DNA of 32,000 nucleotides from Acaryochloris marina MBIC11017. GTDB lineage: Bacteria; Cyanobacteriota; Cyanobacteriia; Thermosynechococcales; Thermosynechococcaceae. Below, piece by piece: positions 15,404-22,100 of the stretch. The DNA lies in NCBI RefSeq assembly GCF_000018105.1, contig NC_009925.1, positions 1,860,001 to 1,892,000 of the forward strand, read 5' to 3'. How positions within the stretch are numbered: position 1 is the stretch's first letter; each line of letters begins with the position of its first letter. Made by a program: the position numbers and the translations under genes. The notes below the pieces were generated by a model, which saw nothing but the letters and a program-made list of their open reading frames with translations, did no database searches and was not told the DNA's origin.

Positions 15404-16246
15404 ATGGCACATGTCGGTAATGTGGTCTCATCGCAATGGCTGCATGAGCATCATGAAGATGCACAAGTAGTGATTGTGGACTGTCGGTTTGCCCTAAGCG
15501 CCCCTCAGCAAGGGCGAGAGCAATACCAAGCAGGTCATATCCCCGGTGCCTATTATCTAGATTTGAATAAGGATTTATCGTCTCCTGTGCAAACTCATGG
15601 GGGACGACATCCTTTGCCCAATCTGTCTCAATTTGCAGCGAAGCTCTCCCAGATGGGCATCACCTCAGAGACCTGGGTTGTGGCCTATGACGATAGTCGG
15701 CAAGCCTTCGCTTCACGATTATGGTGGTTACTGCGCTATCTCGGCCATGAAAAAGTAGCCGTTTTGGATGGAGGATTAGCAGCCTATCAAGCCCACTATC
15801 CCATCACGACTGATATCCCTGAGGTTCGATCAGGAGAGTTCCAAGCCAGTCCTAATCCTGGTCAAGTCGTGGATATTCAGACGGTCAAAGCCCAGAAAAA
15901 TCAACCCAATGTAACGGTGGTGGACTCTCGTGCCCATGAGCGTTATCTTGGCAATCACGAACCTATCGATCCAGTCGCAGGCCATATCCCAGGGGCAGTT
16001 AACTATCCTTGGCAAGCCGTAACAAATGAAGACGGTTTTTTACGCCCTTCTGTTGAATTGCAAGCTCACTATGCTGACTTAGAAAATGTTGATGAAGTGA
16101 TTGTCTATTGCGGTTCAGGAGTAACTGCTTGTGTGAACCTGCTAGCCCTCGACATCGCAGGTATAAAAAACGGCAAGCTCTATGCCGGGAGTTGGAGTGA
16201 TTGGTGCTCCTATCCTCTAGATGAGAATATGGAAGCTCAAGTTTAG
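15404..16246 (+). CDS. Tandem-rhodanese sulfurtransferase, 3-mercaptopyruvate sulfurtransferase type
   Basis: 280 aa, two rhodanese halves. The active-site loop YCGSGVTAC has the CG[ST]GVTA form typical of MST/SseA rather than the CRKGVTA of thiosulfate sulfurtransferases. It starts 18 nt after the dapL stop. Confidence 0.85.
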   Translation: MAHVGNVVSSQWLHEHHEDAQVVIVDCRFALSAPQQGREQYQAGHIPGAYYLDLNKDLSSPVQTHGGRHPLPNLSQFAAKLSQMGITSETWVVAYDDSRQAFASRLWWLLRYLGHEKVAVLDGGLAAYQAHYPITTDIPEVRSGEFQASPNPGQVVDIQTVKAQKNQPNVTVVDSRAHERYLGNHEPIDPVAGHIPGAVNYPWQAVTNEDGFLRPSVELQAHYADLENVDEVIVYCGSGVTACVNLLALDIAGIKNGKLYAGSWSDWCSYPLDENMEAQV

Positions 16247-16294
16247 AAATGGCAGTTTCCTAGCAATGCTGATAAGCATACTCAAACTTGCGTC

Positions 16295-16310
16295 AAGTCA
16301 TCGATGACTT
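16295..16310. terminator. 16-nt perfect palindrome AAGTCATCGATGACTT between convergent genes; candidate terminator of the dapL-sulfurtransferase unit
   Basis: 6-bp stem with a 4-nt loop, followed by ATTTT on the plus strand. It overlaps the stop codon (16309-16311) of the minus-strand small gene. Confidence 0.4.
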
Positions 16311-16512
16311 ATTTTAGTTGTTGGACTTTCTGTTGAATTAAATGCTCGACTTCTTCAATCTCGGATTTTGACTGTGGTGCTTTAAAAGTGGTTGAAGATG
16401 CATCGGCTGTAAAGCGATCAACGAAGGCACGAAATGCGTCTTTATCGTCAGGATGAGCAATGACATAGGCGCGCAGTTCAGCTTTTGATGTTTCATTGAA
16501 GTCAGGCTTCAT
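16309..16512 (-). CDS. Small cyanobacterial protein, 67 aa (resembles the family annotated DUF6887; from memory)
   Basis: MKPDFNETSKAELRAYVIAHPDDKDAFRAFVDRF... The ATG overlaps the stop of the upstream small ORF (ATGA). Confidence 0.7.
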   Translation of the reverse strand: MKPDFNETSKAELRAYVIAHPDDKDAFRAFVDRFTADASSTTFKAPQSKSEIEEVEHLIQQKVQQLK

Positions 16513-16685
16513 GATAAAAACCTCCAGCGGCCATTAGGGTATATCTCTATCTCTATATTATCGCCCGCTAAAATAAAGACGTTGCCAGTTCGCTCATCAA
16601 GCCGCACCACAAAAATAGGCATGAAAGAATTAGTGAGTGATTGGCATAGCGTGACACACATAATGCCTTGATTAGCAGTTGGCAA
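16509..16685 (-). CDS. Unlisted small ORF, 58 aa from TTG 16685 (50 aa if ATG 16661); resembles the family annotated DUF6888 (from memory)
   Basis: The frame is open from the TAA at 16689-16691. Translation: (M)PTANQGIMCVTLCQSLTNSFMPIFVVRLDERTGNVFILAGDNIEIEIYPNGRWRFLS. The TGA stop (16509-16511) overlaps the ATG (16510-16512) of the next gene. It is below the 60-aa cut-off of the supplied track. Confidence 0.55.
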   Translation of the reverse strand: MPTANQGIMCVTLCQSLTNSFMPIFVVRLDERTGNVFILAGDNIEIEIYPNGRWRFLS

Positions 16686-16831
16686 AATTTATACTCTTAC
16701 ACACAGATAACGTTGTTCAGATTAGCAGACATAGAGAATGAACAACTGAGTCGTCCTAGCCAAATCCCGATATACTGCTTGCAGCAATTGGAATTGCCTA
16801 GCCGACCTTCGTTAATTGTAGTTGGGTGCTT

Positions 16832-17803
16832 ATGGCTGAAACGACCTGGAATCGTCACCATGTTTTGTCTCTAGCAGACTTTAGCGCCGATGAATTGAAT
16901 ATCGTCTTGCAAACGGCCAATAGTTTCAAAGATGTGCTGTATCGCAAGACCAAAAAAGTCCCCACCTTGCAGGCCCGATTAGTCACCAACCTTTTCTTTG
17001 AACCGTCCACCCGTACCCGCAGTAGTTTTGAGCTGGCTGCCAAACGCCTCTCTGCTGATGTCCTCAACTTCTCTCCAGGCACCTCTTCTTTGAGCAAAGG
17101 GGAGACCATTCTGGATACGGCCAAAACCTTCTTGGCGATGGGGGCAGACATGATGGTGATTCGCCATCAGCATTCGGGGGTTCCCCAGATGATTGCCCAA
17201 GCCATGGACGATCTGGGAGAGCAGGTCGGTGTTCTCAACGCGGGTGATGGGTTTCATGAACATCCTTCCCAGGGATTGCTGGATCTGTTTACCCTATGCA
17301 CAACCCTAGATCCGGATCAGCCAACTACCCATCTACTGACGGGTAAAAAAATTGCCATTGTCGGCGATATTTTGCATTCACGGGTGGCTCGTTCGAATCT
17401 CTCTAGCCTAGTCACCTGCGGAGCAGATGTGCATTTGGCAGGGCCACCGACCCTATTGCCCAAGGAGTTTGCAGACTATGGTGCGCAAGTCCATTGGTCC
17501 CTAGAACCGGCCCTGGAACAGGCGGATTTTGTGATGACGCTGCGATTGCAGCATGAACGGATGAGCCAGCATTTGATTCCCAGTATTCGGGAGTATCACC
17601 AGCAGTTTGGGATTACCCGCGATCGCATCCAGCGATGCCAACCCCAGGTCAAAGTGCTGCACCCCGGCCCCGTCAATCGAGGCGTCGAAATCAGCTCCGA
17701 TCTGATGGATGACGAAAGCCTGAGTCTGATTCCCCATCAGGTGACCAGTGGTATTGCTGTGCGAATGGCTCTGCTTTACCTGATCAGCAATCGCAGCAGG
17801 TAG
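16832..17803 (+). CDS. pyrB: Aspartate carbamoyltransferase catalytic subunit
   Basis: Motifs: [43 protein letters not shown]. The track starts at GTG 16826; ATG 16832 ([17 protein letters not shown]) fits the usual N-terminus better. Confidence 0.95.
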   Translation: MAETTWNRHHVLSLADFSADELNIVLQTANSFKDVLYRKTKKVPTLQARLVTNLFFEPSTRTRSSFELAAKRLSADVLNFSPGTSSLSKGETILDTAKTFLAMGADMMVIRHQHSGVPQMIAQAMDDLGEQVGVLNAGDGFHEHPSQGLLDLFTLCTTLDPDQPTTHLLTGKKIAIVGDILHSRVARSNLSSLVTCGADVHLAGPPTLLPKEFADYGAQVHWSLEPALEQADFVMTLRLQHERMSQHLIPSIREYHQQFGITRDRIQRCQPQVKVLHPGPVNRGVEISSDLMDDESLSLIPHQVTSGIAVRMALLYLISNRSR

Positions 17804-18212
17804 GGCAATAATTCTATCCATCCAAACTATGTCACAAAATCGCATGTAAACTTTATTAACAATAATTACAAACTTTCGATTTTTGTGGTAATGAGGCTAC
17901 GCTAAAAGCGTACACATTTTACTTGCCAAATGAAAGGTTCCCCAATGTTTTCCTTGATCACCATCAACTTCTATCCACGAGAATCAGCAGAAACTGTTCA
18001 AAGCCAACAGAAAAATTGGTTCTGGAGGTTGCTTCGACGAAAATTTCGGAAGGAATCATAGTTGTTTTCTGTTTTTCCAACCTCAGGTTCCGCCAGTCAA
18101 GGCGGGAATTTGCAATACTGGAACAGGACAATCGCAGGTCTTATACCTATAATTAGGACTTCAGACCTGTTTATTCCTGTGAATGCACCTCATACGGCAC
18201 CTTTAACCATAT

Positions 18213-18479
18213 ATGTACACCATTGACATTTCCCTTCGCGGCACGCCTTTAGGACTCTCCGTTCAACGCAAAGAATCCGCAGATGCTGAAGCACTGTATC
18301 AACAGGTCTTAGCCGCCATCAAATCAGGGAATCCGACCATTTTAGAAATGACGTGCGATCGCGAACCTGATAAAAAAGCCGCCGTTCTCGTCAACGAAAT
18401 TACCGCTGTTCAACTATCGGATAAGTCTGGAGGAGCTGGTGCAGGCCGCGCTGCGGGCTTCTTTGAGCTAGGGGCATGA
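18213..18479 (+). CDS. Conserved-looking hypothetical protein, 88 aa
   Basis: ATG start, non-repetitive composition (MYTIDISLRGTPLGLSVQRKESADAEALYQQVLAAIKSGN...). Its stop overlaps the start of the ABC ATPase gene (ATGA at 18476-18479). Confidence 0.6.
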   Translation: MYTIDISLRGTPLGLSVQRKESADAEALYQQVLAAIKSGNPTILEMTCDREPDKKAAVLVNEITAVQLSDKSGGAGAGRAAGFFELGA

Positions 18480-19156
18480 CCACCCCTGCCATCCAACTGC
18501 AGAATTTATCCTTTGGATGGTCTAAAGATCAGCCCGTATTGAAAAACTGTTCACTGCAGGTGCCCAAAGGCCAGTTCTGGATGCTGCTGGGCACCAATGG
18601 CAGTGGCAAATCGACGTTGCTGCGGCTGCTGGTGGGGTTACTCAAAGCCCAATCAGGACAAATCGATGTGGCCCAGCCCGTGGGGTTTGTGTTTCAAAAC
18701 CCTGACCATCAGCTGGTCATGCCCACCGTCGGGGCAGATGTGGCCTTTGGCCTAGTGGAAGAAAATCTGTCCATGGTTGAAATTCACCATCGAGTCAATG
18801 AAGCCCTAGACGCCGTCAATTTGATCGATCTGAAACGGCGTCCCATCTACGCCCTGAGCGGTGGTCAAAAGCAACGGATTGCGATCGCAGGTGCAATATC
18901 CCGTCATTGCGAAGTCCTGTTATTGGATGAACCGACGGCCCTTCTGGATCCTGAAAGCCAAGGAGACCTGGTCGCCCAGGTCCAAAGACTGGTCAAAAAA
19001 CGAGGCATTACCGCCCTTTGGGTCACCCACCGCCTAGAAGAACTCGACTATTGCGATGGCGCGTTTCTCCTGGAGCATGGCCAGGTGATTGACCAGGGCC
19101 AACCCGAATCCATGCGCGAGAAATTGATTCAACGATGGCAATCCGCCTCTCGCTAA
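18476..19156 (+). CDS. ABC transporter ATP-binding protein (CbiO/EcfA-like, stand-alone ATPase)
   Basis: Walker A GTNGSGKST, Q-loop FQNPDHQ, signature LSGGQKQR, Walker B LLLDEPT, H-loop VTHR. 226 aa with no transmembrane domain. Confidence 0.9.
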   Translation: MTTPAIQLQNLSFGWSKDQPVLKNCSLQVPKGQFWMLLGTNGSGKSTLLRLLVGLLKAQSGQIDVAQPVGFVFQNPDHQLVMPTVGADVAFGLVEENLSMVEIHHRVNEALDAVNLIDLKRRPIYALSGGQKQRIAIAGAISRHCEVLLLDEPTALLDPESQGDLVAQVQRLVKKRGITALWVTHRLEELDYCDGAFLLEHGQVIDQGQPESMREKLIQRWQSASR

Positions 19157-19180
19157 GGGTTTAGCAAGTCAGGCTTACCG

Positions 19181-22100
19181 CTAGACAATCTGGATCTGGC
19201 CTGCACCCAAATTCGCTTTGTTGAGCAAGGTGCCCACCAGAATCTGCTGAGCTGCACCACTCCCATCCGCATCGTAAAACAGCTCACCGTTAGCTTGATC
19301 GTAGATAAATCGCTGCTCTGCAGTGGTCGCTGCGGCCCCCAGAGCAAACTGCTGAGCGGAGATTAGACCTAGAGGGAGGGTATTGAGCTGGGCAGAACGG
19401 AATGCGATCGCATCTTCACCCACCACAAAATCAGCAATCGTGCCCTTATTGTTAGCGGTGGCCTCTAAAACAAAGAGATCGCTGCCGCCGCCACCCACGA
19501 GATAATCTTGTCCAGCACCACCGGTCAGGGAATCATCTCCATCGCCACCATTTAAGTTATCGTTGCCATAGGATCCCCAGAGGATATCATTGCCCTCATG
19601 GCCGCTGAGGGAGTCCTCGCCATAGGCACCGTTGAGGTGGTCATCCCCTAGGCTTCCCCCTAAATAATCATCTCCATCGCCCCCATCGAGGGTATCCTTG
19701 CCTTCGCCTCCCCAGAGGGTGTCATGGCCTTGATGGCCTCGGAGAAAATCATTTCCACGGTAGCCATCTAGGGTATCGTCTCCCCAGCTTCCCCCCAGAT
19801 AGTCATCGCCATCGCCCCCTTGGAGGCTATCATCGCCATTGGCCCCCCACAGGTGGTCATCTCCTTCGTGACCATTGAGAGTGTCATTCCCATTGCCACC
19901 ATCCAGGCGATCATCCCCTAAACTCCCGCCTAAATAGTCATTACCATCTAGACCCTGGAGGGTATCATTGCCCGCAGCTCCCCAGAGGGTGTCATTCCCA
20001 TCATGACCATTCAGGGAGTCATGACCGTCTCCCCCATCTAAATTATCGTCACCATAGGACCCCCAAAGGGTGTCATCTCCTTCATGACCATTGAGGGTGT
20101 CATTACCCCGATGGCCATTGAGGTGGTCATTGCCTAAACTCCCGCCAAGGTAGTCTTCCCCCTCTCCACCATCGAGGGTGTCCTCACCTTCTCCACCCCA
20201 GAGGGTGTCATTCCCTTGATGCCCCCGGAGAAAATCGTTACCACGGTATCCATCGAGGGTATCGCTGCCCCAACTACCGCCTAGGTAGTCGTTGCCGTCA
20301 CCGCCTTGGAGGCTATCATCCCCATTGGCCCCCCACAGGTGGTCGTCTCCTTCGTGACCATTCAGGGTGTCATTTCCATTGCCGCCATCCAGGCGATCCT
20401 TACCTAAACTCCCCCCTAAGGAATCATTACCTTCTCCCCCATGCAGGGTGTCCTCACCTTCGCCACCCCATAGGGTGTCATCGCCTTGATGGCCGTTTAG
20501 GGAATCATTGCCGCGATAGCCATCCAGGGTATCACTACCCCAGCTACCGCCTAGGTAGTCATCTCCATCTCCACCGATCAGGTTGTCGTCTCCCTCGGCG
20601 CCCCACAGATGGTCATTGCCCTCATGGCCATGGAGGAAGTCATTCCCCTTGCCACCATTGAGGTGGTCATCCCCTAAACTGCCCCCTAAATTGTCATCCC
20701 CCTCTCCCCCATCGAGGGTATCCTTACCTTCGCCACCCCAAAGGGTGTCATTGCCTTGGTGGCCCCGGAGAAAATCATTACCGCGATAGCCATCCAGGGT
20801 ATCACTGCCCCAGCTGCCGCCTAGGTAGTCGTTGCCGTCACCGCCTTGGAGGCTATCATCGCCATTGGCACCCCACAAATGGTCATCTCCTGCATAGCCA
20901 TGGAGAAAGTCATCTCCATCCCCTCCATCCAGCCGATCGTCTCCTGCATGACCTGCTAAATAGTCATCTCCGTCCAGCCCTTTGAGGGTATCATTACCAT
21001 CCCCCCCGTAGAGTTTGTCATCCACGGCTCCACCGGAGCCATTGTCATCAAAGGCCGTCCCTCGAAAAATCAGAGGCAGGGTGTCAATACGAGTCGTACT
21101 AACAGGCACAGGATTGACGGAACCATCCCCTGTGAGCAAAATATTATCGACCGCAACCCAGTCATCTCCATCATTGGTCCCCACTGTATTGATTTGGAAG
21201 ACTAAAAATTGGTAGCCCTCACCAAAATCGATATCCCAAGAGAGGGTTGTCCAATCAAAGTCATCGCCGCCAAAGGTCTGTTGAACTAGGACCTGACGCT
21301 CCATGGGTAATGCACCCGCCTGGTAAGGCCCCTGGTTGGTATTGGCGTTGTTAAAAAACTCGCCATTCACCCCCCACAGACTAATCGTAATTTCGTTATT
21401 TTCTCCAGTGCCGCCTTCCAGATTGCGCAAGTCCAGGCTGAGGGTTTGCATCCCTCGTCGCACCGCACTGTCGTAGATAATTTGTCCAAGATTGGAACGA
21501 CTCGCCGCTTCCTGGGAGAGGACCACGCCCCCGCCTTGACCAATACCAGCATCCCAGGAGACGCCATCAGCTGCGTACCATCCTAAGTTGGCACTCGTAC
21601 TATGGTTGATACCGTCCGTTTTAAAGACTGGATTGACGGAAAAATCGCCATTACCAAACGCATTGACATATTGAGTTGGCGTCACCTCAATGGTTTGCGA
21701 GAGGGAGCGAGTCGCCCCATATTCATCCCAAATCTGTAGGGTAATGTTATGGGAGCCGGCTTTGTCAAAAACATAGCTCGTTTGGCGACCAAAGCGATCC
21801 GCCACATTGTCCCCATCAAAATCCCAGGCATAACTTACAATTCCCCGACTTGGGTTATCGATAAATGTCGAATCTGGATCAAAAGAGGAGCTGGCATCAA
21901 AGCCCATCGCCAGTCCCCCAATGGCTTGACTGGTAAATAGAACCGAGGGGGCTAAGTTGCCAGGGACATCTGAAAACGTATTATTGCCCTGAATCTGAAA
22001 GAAAGAGGGGAAGTCTGGATCCTTAATCGTGATATGGGGCGGTGTCAGGCCAAAATGCTGGTCATTATTGACTAGAGTGCTATCTTTTAGCGAAGACCCC

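Noticed and set aside
14316-15470. Alternate-frame ORFs within dapL (14316-14693, 14396-14587, 14633-14842, 15174-15470)
   Set aside because: They are embedded in a gene with an unmistakable DapL sequence.
17804-18212. 409-nt spacer after pyrB. It holds a 77-aa ORF (17923-18156), an alternative 38-codon ORF (17945-18061, MFSLITINFYPRESAETVQSQQKNWFWRLLRRKFRKES) and a GC hairpin (about 18086-18112). Considered as a small gene, riboswitch or terminator.
   Set aside because: No SD, no recognisable family and no B12-box or other riboswitch core that I can see. The hairpin has a bulge and only a weak T-run. It needs transcript data before any call.
18476-19156. ABC ATPase considered as the T1SS exporter for the neighbouring RTX protein
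   Set aside because: It is only 226 aa, with no transmembrane or C39 peptidase domain. It looks CbiO/EcfA-like, not HlyB-like.
19476-21016. Regular 27-nt periodic DNA repeats, considered as a possible CRISPR or satellite array
   Set aside because: The repeats are in-frame within a long ORF and encode canonical RTX nonapeptides. There is no repeat-spacer alternation and no cas genes.
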